64,000 nucleotides of DNA from Vicinamibacterales bacterium (GTDB lineage: Bacteria; Acidobacteriota; Vicinamibacteria; Vicinamibacterales; UBA8438). The notes beneath the pieces are model-generated. The model worked only from the letters and a program-made list of their open reading frames with translations. It was not told where the DNA came from and did not search any database. The stretch is taken from contig OZ220718.1 of NCBI GenBank assembly GCA_965116765.1, positions 3,904,848 to 3,968,847 of the forward strand. The letters run 5' to 3'. Every line of letters begins with the position of its first letter. Within the stretch, counting starts at the first letter, position 1. Position numbers and translations under genes: made by a program. Shown here one piece after another: positions 50,456 through 59,621 of the stretch.

Positions 50456-51358
50456 TCATCCGCCGGCGGCCGCCGGCACCCTGACCCGCAGCGCCTTCGG
50501 ATGGACCGCGGCGGACAGCGTGCGTCCGCCCTGCACCGCTTCTCCGTCGACGTGGAACCGGAGCGGCCGGTCCGCGGAGATCGTCACCTCGCCGACCCGT
50601 GAGCAGTGCACGTAGGGGTGGCGGTCGACGGTGCCGTTGAAGAGGCGCCAGAGGCCCCGGACGGCCCGCGCGCGGCCGATCGGGTCGACCGACACGAGGT
50701 CGAGCAGGCCGTCGTCGAGCCGGGCGCGCGGCGCGATCACCGCCCCGTTGCCGTACTGCCGGCCGTTGGCCACCTCGATCAACAGGGCCCTCCGCTCGAC
50801 CGCGCGCCCCTCGATCGCGAGGGTGTACCGCTGGCTCCGGTAGCTGACCAGCCGGCGCGCCGTGGCCAGGGCGTAGCCGGCCAGTCCGCGGCCGGCCAGG
50901 CCGGCGAACAGGTCGGCCACCGATGCGGGCAGCCCCACCCCGGCGAGGTTCACGAAGGGTCGGCCGGCCAGCTCCCCCACGTCGATGACGCGGTCGCGGC
51001 CGCGCAACGCGGTGTCGATCGCCTCCTCGGGCCGGAGGCTGATGCCGAGCTCGCGCGCCAGGCCGTTGCCCGAGCCCGCCGGCACGATGCCCAGCACCGC
51101 GTCCCGGCGCATCAGGGCCGAGGCCACCTCGTTGACGGTGCCGTCCCCTCCCCAGGCGACCACCGGGGAGAAGCCGCGTCCCGCGAGGGCCGCCGCGAGC
51201 TCGCGGCCGTGGCCCCGCCGCTCCGTGAAGGCCACCTCGTGGTCGGCGCCGGCGGCGGCGCAGCGCCGTCGGATCGCGTCGACGAGATCGGCCGGCCCGC
51301 TCCGGCGCGCCGACGATCCCGCAACCGGATTGATGATGAACGCAAGCCGAGACCGCAC
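50456..51358 (-). CDS. diacylglycerol/lipid kinase (YegS/BmrU family)
   Basis: RLAFIINPVAGSS...VVAWGGDGTVNEVASAL...IVPAGSGNGLAREL. The start is assigned to the GTG just before the conserved N-terminus and is uncertain. Confidence 0.8.
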   Translation of the reverse strand: MRSRLAFIINPVAGSSARRSGPADLVDAIRRRCAAAGADHEVAFTERRGHGRELAAALAGRGFSPVVAWGGDGTVNEVASALMRRDAVLGIVPAGSGNGLARELGISLRPEEAIDTALRGRDRVIDVGELAGRPFVNLAGVGLPASVADLFAGLAGRGLAGYALATARRLVSYRSQRYTLAIEGRAVERRALLIEVANGRQYGNGAVIAPRARLDDGLLDLVSVDPIGRARAVRGLWRLFNGTVDRHPYVHCSRVGEVTISADRPLRFHVDGEAVQGGRTLSAAVHPKALRVRVPAAAGG

Positions 51359-51474
51359 CGTCAGAGCCTGTTCCGCGCCGACCCCGCCGGCACGGCGAGC
51401 GAAGGACCGCCGGCCGTGGCGTGCGGCGATGCGCACGACTCGCGCGCCAACGGTGGTATAGTAGCCTCCCAATT

Positions 51475-52812
51475 ATGGGGAGCCGCTGGGTTCGCACCGT
51501 CGTCGTCATCGTAGCACTCGCGACGCTGGGTTTCGCGGGTAACCAGATCCGCCTCTTGAACGCCGCCCTCGCCGACGAGCAGGGCGGAGAGCGGGTCTTC
51601 ACCGACCTCGGCTGGACGCTCAAGCTCACGCTCGCCGAGCTGAGGAGCGCCCAGCAGGCCTATGTCGCGGACGGACAGGACCGCGAGTACTGGGCCTCCC
51701 GGGTCGAGACTCATCTCCAGGCGGTCCTCGGCAGCCTCGACAACCTCAAGCGCCAGGTCTCGAACCCGGACACCCTCGCGGCCCTCGACGACGCGGTCGC
51801 GGCGGTCGGCGACATCCGGGACCTGGATGAAGACGCCCGCGAGTACATCGGCTCCGATCAACCGCTGCAGGCATCGGACCTGATCTTCACCCAGGGGTTC
51901 GATCTGGTCGATCGCGCCCACGCGCACGTGCAGGCGGCCCAGCAGGAAGAGCGCACGTCGCGTCTCGACCTGATGAGCACCGCACGGGCGAACCAGTCGC
52001 GGATGATGTGGACGGCCGTGGCCGTCATCATCCTGTCGATGCTCGTGCTCGCGCCGGCGGGCGCCTCCTCGGACCGGGACGATCCGTCGCCCGACGACGG
52101 CGAGTACCACGTCCCCGAGACCAACGGACTGTCGCTGTTGTCGCTCGACGGCGACTCGGGCGACGACGAGCTCGATCTGCCGCCGGTCGACCGCGGGGAC
52201 CCGGCGGCGGCGCCCGCCTCCCCGGCGGCCGGCGCCGGCGAGGAACCGGCGCGGAAGCCGTCCGCACCGGCGGCGGCGCCGGATCTCGCGGCCACCGCGG
52301 CGCTGTGCACGGATTTCAGCAACCTGACGACCCGGGACCAGCTGCCCGGCCTGCTGGCGCGGACCGCGGCGCTGATGAACGCCAGCGGCATCATCATCTG
52401 GGTCAGCAACGAGAACGCGCGGGCGCTGCAGCCCGCCCTCGGGCACGGATACGCCCAGGGGACCCTGGAGCGCATCGGCTCGATTCCGCACGTCGGGACC
52501 AACCCGACGTCCGCCGCGTTCACGAGCAGGCGCATTCAGGTCGTCGAATCGGAAGGGTCGGACGGGGGCGCCCTGGCCGCGCCGCTGATGGTGTCGGAGC
52601 GGTGCATCGGCGTGCTCTCGGCCGAGCTGCGCGAGGGTTGGGAGTCGAGCGACGCGGTTCAGGCGACCGCCTCGATCGTCGCTGCACAGCTGGCGCCGCT
52701 GCTGCCTGCCGACGCCGCGGCGGCGGAACCGGTCGCCGCCTCCGCCACCGGCACCCACGACACGAGCGGTTCCGCCACGGGGACGGAGACCGTCAAGCCG
52801 GCGTCGTCCTGA
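51475..52812 (+). CDS. membrane protein with a periplasmic helical region and a C-terminal GAF-like domain
   Basis: TATAGT lies 13 nt before ATG 51475. Two TM helices are present. The C-terminal GIIIWVSNENARALQPALGHGY...LMVSERCIGVLSAEL is GAF-like. Confidence 0.65.
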   Translation: MGSRWVRTVVVIVALATLGFAGNQIRLLNAALADEQGGERVFTDLGWTLKLTLAELRSAQQAYVADGQDREYWASRVETHLQAVLGSLDNLKRQVSNPDTLAALDDAVAAVGDIRDLDEDAREYIGSDQPLQASDLIFTQGFDLVDRAHAHVQAAQQEERTSRLDLMSTARANQSRMMWTAVAVIILSMLVLAPAGASSDRDDPSPDDGEYHVPETNGLSLLSLDGDSGDDELDLPPVDRGDPAAAPASPAAGAGEEPARKPSAPAAAPDLAATAALCTDFSNLTTRDQLPGLLARTAALMNASGIIIWVSNENARALQPALGHGYAQGTLERIGSIPHVGTNPTSAAFTSRRIQVVESEGSDGGALAAPLMVSERCIGVLSAELREGWESSDAVQATASIVAAQLAPLLPADAAAAEPVAASATGTHDTSGSATGTETVKPASS

Positions 52813-52824
52813 CGCGACGCCCCG

Positions 52825-53277
52825 ATGGAGCCGTTGAGCCTGCCGCTCGACTACGCCGCCATCGAGCGGATTCTTCCCCATCGCTATCCGTTCCTCCTCG
52901 TCGATCGCATCACCGAGTTCGAGGTCGACAAGCGCATCGTCGGCATCAAGAACGTCTCCCTGAACGAACGCTACCTCACGCGCCGGCCCCGCGAGCGCCC
53001 GGTGCTGCCGCCGACCATCCTGACCGAGGCGGTCGCCCAGGTGGGCGCCATCCTGATACTCTCGAAGCCGGAGAACCGCGAGAAGCTCATCTACATCGTC
53101 GGTATCGAGCGGGTGCGTTATCGCCACCCGGCCCGTCCCGGCGACGTCGTCCACATCGAGGTCAACGTGAAGCGCCTGCGCAGCCGCATGGGCCAGCTGC
53201 ACGGCATCGCGAAGACCGACGACGGCAGGATCGCGCTCGACGGCCGCATGACCTTCGCCCTCGGCCCCGCGCAGTGA
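52825..53277 (+). CDS. fabZ: 3-hydroxyacyl-ACP dehydratase FabZ
   Basis: ILPHRYPFLLVDRITEFE...GIKNVSLNE...PPTILTEAVAQVG. Confidence 0.9.
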   Translation: MEPLSLPLDYAAIERILPHRYPFLLVDRITEFEVDKRIVGIKNVSLNERYLTRRPRERPVLPPTILTEAVAQVGAILILSKPENREKLIYIVGIERVRYRHPARPGDVVHIEVNVKRLRSRMGQLHGIAKTDDGRIALDGRMTFALGPAQ

Positions 53278-53307
53278 CGGCGCATCTCCTTCTGATAGAA
53301 TGCGCCA

Positions 53308-53961
53308 ATGGCTTCCAAGCAACGTCGCAAGCTGCCCAGGCAGCGACCTCCGGCCCCTCCTCCGGCCGAGCCCCGCTCGAGCGGCGGGCGGTGGGGGCTG
53401 ATCGCTCTCGCCGTCGTCGCGGTCGCCGGCGCCGGGGCACTCCTGCTGTTGGGGGGTGACCGGACCGCGGTGGCCCCCGAGCAGGCCGGCGAGGCGTCGA
53501 CGGCCCCTGCGTCCTCCACCGCGACGGCCGGGACCGCCGCCAGACCGGCGTCGGCGGCCCCGCAGTTCGACAGCGAGGACCTCGAGGGACTGCCGATGCC
53601 GCCGCTCCCCTACGTACCGCAGACCGCCGGCCCCGCCGACCTGATGAGGCAGGCCTACGTGTTCGCGGCCCGGAACCCGGACGTGCTCGATTACGTGCCC
53701 TGCTATTGCGGCTGCGGCCAGACCGACGGGCACGTGGGGAACACGGACTGTTTCGTCGAGTCGCGGGCCCCGAACGGGGCCGTGACCGAGTGGGACATCC
53801 ACGGCATGACCTGATCGCACTGCCTTGCTGTCGCGCGTGACGCGATGCAGATGCATGCCCTCGGCGCCTCGCCCTCGGACATCCAGGACGCGGTCATGAA
53901 CAAGTACGCGTCCCAGTCGGCCTATGCCACGCCGACGCCGCCCGCGCCGCGCGGCAACTGA
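53308..53961 (+). CDS. PCYCGC-motif membrane-anchored protein with an in-frame TGA at 53812-53814 (Sec candidate, or a disrupted gene)
   Basis: Track ORF 53308..53814 ends ...YVPCYCGCGQTDGHVGNTDCFVE...EWDIHGMT*. The same frame continues as SHCLAVARDAMQMHALGASPSDIQDAVMNKYASQSAYATPTPPAPRGN*, with GC-rich third positions. Confidence 0.65.
53825..53850 (+). promoter_or_regulatory. candidate bacterial SECIS-like hairpin
   Basis: The stem UUG(C)UGUCGCG / CGCGAUGCAG has a CGUGA loop and begins 10-11 nt after the UGA. Confidence 0.35.
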
Positions 53962-54035
53962 AGAAGACGTGGCTGCCCGGGTACGTCGGCGGTCCGAGTG
54001 ACCCGTGCCCGGGGAGCCCGCCGTGACCATCCCGA

Positions 54036-55562
54036 ATGGGTCCGCGCGGTTCCCCACCCCCGCCGGCGGAGCTGCTCGCCGGGCTGTACGAGTCCATCCC
54101 CGAGGGCATCTACGTCGGCGCCCTCGAAGCCGCCGGCGTCGAGACGCTGGGCGCCAACCCGCACCTGAAGCTCATGTTCGGGTTCGACCCGGACGAGCCC
54201 GACGACCGGGTGCGGCCGTTCGAGGCCGAACGGTTCCTCGACGACCGGGCCCGCGCCGACTTCATCGCGCGGCTGCGCCGCGACGGCGCCGTCACCAACT
54301 ACCTCGTCCGTCTCCGGCGGGTCGACGGCAGCTCGATGTGGGTCGAGGTCACCGCCGCCCTGCGCGCGGGGGAAGGCTCGCGCCCGCCGCGCCTCGACGC
54401 TCTCGTGCGCGACGTCAGCGAGCGGCGGAAGCTCGAGGCGCAGGGGCGCGACCCGGGTCACGAGCTGGTGCAGTCGGAGAAGATGGCGGCCCTCGGCCAG
54501 ACCATCTCGGGCGTGGCCCACGAGCTCAACAACCCGCTGGCGACCATCCTGACGTGCGCCGAACGACTGGCCGCGCGCCCCGTCGAACCCGAGACGAAGC
54601 GCGGCGTCGAGACCATTCTCGGCGAGGCCGAGCGGGCGGCCAAGATCGTGCGCAACCTGCTGACGTTCGCCCGCAAGCGCAACACCACGCGAGCGTTCGT
54701 CGACATGAACGAGATCGTGCACGACACGCTGGCCTCGCGCGCCTACGAGCAGCGGGTGTCGAACATCTCGACCCTCGACGCCCTCGCCGCCGGGCTGCCC
54801 CCCATCTTCTCCGACCCCCACCAGGTGAAGCAGGTGCTGCTGAACCTGGTCATCAACGCCGAGCACGCGATGCTCGCCGCCAACGGCCGCGGGTCGCTCG
54901 TCGCCCGAAGCTGGTACGACGAGGCCCGGGACATGGTCACGCTGGAGATCAACGACGACGGGCCGGGGATTCCGGAGGAGGTCCGGAACCGGATCTTCGA
55001 TCCCTTCTTCACCACCAAGGCGGTCGGCAAGGGCACCGGGCTCGGGCTGACCGTGGCCTACGCCATCGTTCAGGAGCACGGCGGGCGGATTCGGGTGGAC
55101 TCGACGCCCGGCGCCGGCGCGTCGTTCTTCGTGTCGTTTCCCGCCCGCGCGGGGTTGTCCCGCGCGGCCCCGGCGCCGACCCTTCCCGCGCCCACCGCCG
55201 GCGCCAGCATCCTGCTCGTGGAGGACGAGCCGGCCCTCGCGGCGGCGGTGGCCGACTCGCTGGGCGACGCCGGCTACCGCGTGGAACGCGCCGCCGACGG
55301 CGAAGAGGCGCTCGCGCGGGTCGAGGCCCGGCCCTTCGACCTCGTCATCTGCGACCTCAAGATGCCGCGGCTCGACGGTCGCGCGTTCTACCGGTGGCTG
55401 TGCGAGGAGAATCCGTCGCTCGCCCGCCGCATGATCTTCGTCACCGGCGACGTGGCGGGCACCGACGCCGAGCGCTTTCTCGTCGAGAGCGGATGCCGAT
55501 GGCTGGCCAAGCCGTTCCGGCTCCGCGACCTGCTCCGCATGGCCAACGAGGTGATGAGGTAG
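54036..55562 (+). CDS. hybrid sensor histidine kinase (PAS-HisKA-HATPase-REC)
   Basis: SEKMAALGQTISGVAHELNNPLATI is the H-box. NDDGPGIP and GKGTGLGL are the N and G boxes. ILLVEDEPAL...DLVICDLKMPRLDG is the receiver domain. Confidence 0.9.
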   Translation: MGPRGSPPPPAELLAGLYESIPEGIYVGALEAAGVETLGANPHLKLMFGFDPDEPDDRVRPFEAERFLDDRARADFIARLRRDGAVTNYLVRLRRVDGSSMWVEVTAALRAGEGSRPPRLDALVRDVSERRKLEAQGRDPGHELVQSEKMAALGQTISGVAHELNNPLATILTCAERLAARPVEPETKRGVETILGEAERAAKIVRNLLTFARKRNTTRAFVDMNEIVHDTLASRAYEQRVSNISTLDALAAGLPPIFSDPHQVKQVLLNLVINAEHAMLAANGRGSLVARSWYDEARDMVTLEINDDGPGIPEEVRNRIFDPFFTTKAVGKGTGLGLTVAYAIVQEHGGRIRVDSTPGAGASFFVSFPARAGLSRAAPAPTLPAPTAGASILLVEDEPALAAAVADSLGDAGYRVERAADGEEALARVEARPFDLVICDLKMPRLDGRAFYRWLCEENPSLARRMIFVTGDVAGTDAERFLVESGCRWLAKPFRLRDLLRMANEVMR

Positions 55563-55672
55563 ACGTCTGCGACATCGCGCGGCGCGGGCGGGAGGGTCGG
55601 TTCGGCGGCGAGCGGAGCCGGGACTCCGCTCGCCGGGCCGGGAATCGGCGCGCCCGGGGGACGGGCGGGAGG

Positions 55673-56527
55673 TCACGCGGCGTTCGACCTGGGGGCGGCG
55701 GCGACGCGCGATGGGGCCGCTTCCGCGACCGCGGGCACGCGGGCCTTCGCCATGTTCAGGCGGCGGCGGCCCGCCGGTCCCCCGCCGGTCGTCGTCGCGG
55801 CCATCGCCCTCGGATCGAGGTCCGGACCCAGCTCCTTGCGGAGCCGCTGCACCGCGCGGGCGTGCAGTTGCGACACGCGGGACTCGTTGACCCCGATCTC
55901 GCTGCCGATCTCCTTCATCGTCACGTCGCCGTAGTAGTAGAGCCCGATGACCTTCCGCTCGCGGGCCGGCAGCGACTTGATGGCATCGCGCACCCGCCTG
56001 GCGACGTCGCCCTGCTCGCACACGCGATCGGGTCTCGGCTGCTCCGCCGGCATCATGACCGGAGGCAGGTTGGCGCTCTGCCCGGGGTCGACGGAGGCGA
56101 GGGGCGACGTCGATTCGATCGCCTTGATGCGGACGATGGTCCGGCTCAGCGCCGCCTCGTCGTATCCCATGTGCTGCGCGAGGTTCGCCAGCGACGGCTC
56201 GTCTCCGAGCTCGTGGCGCAGCTTCTCGCGGGCCGCCTCGAGCTCGCGCCTGACCTTGCGGACCCCGCGGGGCCACGCGTCGCGGCGCAGGGCGTCGATC
56301 ATCGCGCCGCGGACACGGCGCTCCGCGAAGGTCTCGAACTTGATGCCGCGCCCCTCGTCGAACCGGTGGGCCGCGTCGATGAGCCCGATCATGCCGTCCT
56401 GCACGAGGTCGCCGAGGTCTATCGAGTGCGGCATGGAAGCCGCCATGCGCCGGGCCATCGCCTCCACGAACGGCACGCCCGCGGCGATGCGGTCGTGACC
56501 CTTGCCGTCGGTTGCTTGCGCCTTCAT
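55673..56527 (-). CDS. FliA/WhiG-type (group 3) RNA polymerase sigma factor with an Ala/Pro-rich tail
   Basis: GGAGG lies 8 nt before ATG 56527. DLVQDGMIGLIDAAHRFDEGRGIKFETFAERRVRGAMIDALR is region 2. LPARERKVIGLYYYGDVTMKEIGSEIGVNESRVSQLHARAV is region 4. Confidence 0.85.
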   Translation of the reverse strand: MKAQATDGKGHDRIAAGVPFVEAMARRMAASMPHSIDLGDLVQDGMIGLIDAAHRFDEGRGIKFETFAERRVRGAMIDALRRDAWPRGVRKVRRELEAAREKLRHELGDEPSLANLAQHMGYDEAALSRTIVRIKAIESTSPLASVDPGQSANLPPVMMPAEQPRPDRVCEQGDVARRVRDAIKSLPARERKVIGLYYYGDVTMKEIGSEIGVNESRVSQLHARAVQRLRKELGPDLDPRAMAATTTGGGPAGRRRLNMAKARVPAVAEAAPSRVAAAPRSNAA

Positions 56528-56608
56528 GATGGTCGCCTCCAGGACATCGGTCAACCGCGGCGCGCTGCCTGCCGGAGAGAGACAGCCGCCGCGCATGGAG
56601 ACGATTAA

Positions 56609-56625
56609 AGCAAGTGACGTGCCAG
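56609..56625 (-). promoter_or_regulatory. sigma-54 (-24/-12) promoter directed into the sigma factor gene
   Basis: The minus strand reads CTGGCACGTCACTTGCT, an exact match to TGGCAC-N5-TTGC. It lies about 70-80 nt upstream of ATG 56527. Confidence 0.75.
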
Positions 56626-56757
56626 CTCATGACGAGCGCCGTCGACGAAGGCCCCCGTGAAGCCGTGATTTCTGTAACCTGCTGTTGAAGAGTGAGTTAT
56701 GCGCCCGATCCCGCGAAGGTCCATCGAGCTTCCTCGCGGGCCGAACTCGACCTGGCC

Positions 56758-56802
56758 GTCATGGAATTGACGTGTCGCGCTCCGGCGTGTCATCGTATTG
56801 AC
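56758..56802 (-). promoter_or_regulatory. two GTCA-N6-TGAC dyads 31 bp apart, candidate enhancer (UAS) for the sigma-54 promoter
   Basis: GTCATGGAATTGAC (56758-56771) and GTCATCGTATTGAC (56789-56802) lie roughly 135-180 bp upstream of the -24 element. Confidence 0.45.
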
Positions 56803-56869
56803 GCCTGGGCCGGGCGGGACGATGGGCGTGGAGGGGGAGGACCGGCCGGGCGCCGGGGGGCCGGCGGAG

Positions 56870-57079
56870 TCAGTCGCGGAAGCGTTGCTGGATGTAGCGG
56901 GCGGCGCTGATCGCTTCGACGACGCTCGTCACGATCTGGGATGCCCGGGCGCGGCTCGCGTCGTCCTCGAGCTGCGCGTCGAGGAGCTCGGCGTTCGCGA
57001 GAATGATGCCGAGCTGGTTGTTCAACCGATGGAAGAGATCGCCGAGTTCGGTCGGCTGGTCCATCTGGGGAAGGTCCAT
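56870..57079 (-). CDS. 69-aa stand-alone DHp-like (HisKA_2/HWE H-box-like) protein
   Basis: ELGDLFHRLNNQLGIILANAELL resembles the E..HR.KN.L..I..LL H-box. No ATPase domain follows. Confidence 0.55.
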   Translation of the reverse strand: MDLPQMDQPTELGDLFHRLNNQLGIILANAELLDAQLEDDASRARASQIVTSVVEAISAARYIQQRFRD

Positions 57080-57121
57080 CGTTGCCGGGACACGGGAGCG
57101 TTGTGCGGGACCGGCCCGCCG

Positions 57122-57325
57122 TCAATCCGCGTGCGGCGGCTCCGTCGGGGCGGCTCCGGCGCGCGGGTCGCGCCACAGCGTATCGACGAATATCCGCACC
57201 GAACCGCCGGCCGTCCGCACGTACTCGACCTTGCCGCCGGCGATCCAGTTGTAGATCGTGCGGCGGCTGACTCCCACCAACTCGCACGCCTGCGCGATCG
57301 AGAGGGTTTTTCTATCGCCAATCAT
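57122..57325 (-). CDS. excisionase/MerR-like helix-turn-helix DNA-binding protein
   Basis: MIGDRKTLSIAQACELVGVSRRTIYNWIAGGKVEYVRTAGGSVRI. Confidence 0.75.
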   Translation of the reverse strand: MIGDRKTLSIAQACELVGVSRRTIYNWIAGGKVEYVRTAGGSVRIFVDTLWRDPRAGAAPTEPPHAD

Positions 57326-57450
57326 GACAGACGCTCGCGTTTCGCCCGGCCCGGTCTCGCCTTCGCCTTCACTCCCGGCCCGGCTCAAGGATGGTATCGG
57401 CAGCTGGCGACCCTTCCATTAGCCGGTCCGCGCCGGCGTCGCCGCCGCCC

Positions 57451-57623
57451 GGGAGTCTGCGGCGTCGAACGGTGCAGACTCCCGGCAGGGTCGGTCGGGC
57501 GCCCGGCGGAGCCGAAGGCGACGATGGGCGGGCCCGGGGTCTGCGGCGTCGAACGGTGCAGACTCCCGGCAGGGTCGGTTGGGCGCCCGGCGGAGCCGAA
57601 GGCGACGATGGGCGGGCCGGGGG
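57451..57623 (+). repeat. two tandem copies (84-85 bp period) of the dispersed structured repeat
   Basis: The two copies span 57451-57535 and 57536-57623 and are nearly identical. Each has an 8-9 bp hairpin (GAGTCTGC-13 nt-GCAGACTC) followed by GGGCGCCCGGCGGAGCCGAAGGCGACGATGGGCGGGCC. Confidence 0.9.
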
Positions 57624-57644
57624 TGTCGAGAGAGGCCGGCGCCC

Positions 57645-59063
<1,419 letters not shown>

Positions 59064-59163
59064 GCAGGGCCTCCGGCGAAAGACGGTCGGAGCCGCAACG
59101 GAACGCCACGGCCCCTGACCCGCCCGGCTTGCCCAATCGGCCCCGAACGCGACCGCAAGGTCG

Positions 59164-59315
59164 CGCTACGGCCTCCGCCCGGCGCCCGGCCAACCTTGCA
59201 GAAGCCCGTACCGCTTCTACGGCGCCGACACCTCGCCCGCCGAATCGTCGACAGCGGCCCCGCCTGGCGCCCCGCCGACCGTCGAGGAGTCGGCCGCTCT
59301 ACGTCACCGACGCCT
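59164..59315 (-). repeat. two adjacent copies of the dispersed structured repeat (reverse orientation)
   Basis: 59164-59229 contains CTACGGCCTCCGCCCGGCGCCCGGCCAACC plus the hairpin GCAGAAGC/GCTTCTAC. 59238-59315 contains CGAATCGTCGACAGCGGCCCCGCCTGGCGCCCCGCCGACC.... Confidence 0.55.
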
Positions 59316-59578
59316 ACCAGCCCGTGGCGAAAGTCCCCGCTGCATTCGAGCGGCGATGCATCCCGCGCCGAGGTGTTCGGGGAAGAGAACGATCGAGGGT
59401 CGTGGCCCCTCCAGGTCTATTCCCCCAAGAGCATGCACTCTCGGTGCAACGCGGGGTTTGTAGAGTCGACGACTGGCGCGGTGGCGGTAGGCGGACGGGG
59501 GTAGCTGTTCCCGGCGGCTTTCGCCCGCTGTCGGTGCCTCACTCCTCGCCATGGCTCCGTTTCCAGTCGCCGCTCATC

Positions 59579-59611
59579 GAACCGGACGAGCGGATTTCCC
59601 GCATCCGGCTC
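59579..59611 (-). ncRNA. group II intron domain V
   Basis: GAGCCGGAUGCGG-GAAA-UCCGCUCGUCCGGUUC has the AGC triad, a 9-bp lower helix, a 2-nt bulge on the 3' strand and a GAAA loop. Confidence 0.85.
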
Positions 59612-59621
59612 TCGGACGAGA

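Noticed and set aside
57122-57325. The excisionase-type HTH as a marker of an integrated prophage or ICE
   Set aside because: The window has no integrase, no att-like direct repeats and no phage structural genes. Such HTH proteins also occur as stand-alone regulators.
57451-57623. Possible CRISPR array, because of the regularly spaced repeats
   Set aside because: There are only two directly abutting units with no spacers. The same unit is dispersed singly elsewhere, and there are no cas genes.
59501-59578. Domain VI and the exact 3' splice site of the group II intron
   Set aside because: I could not find a convincing stem with a bulged A in the ~80 nt after domain V, so the 3' boundary is given only as approximate.
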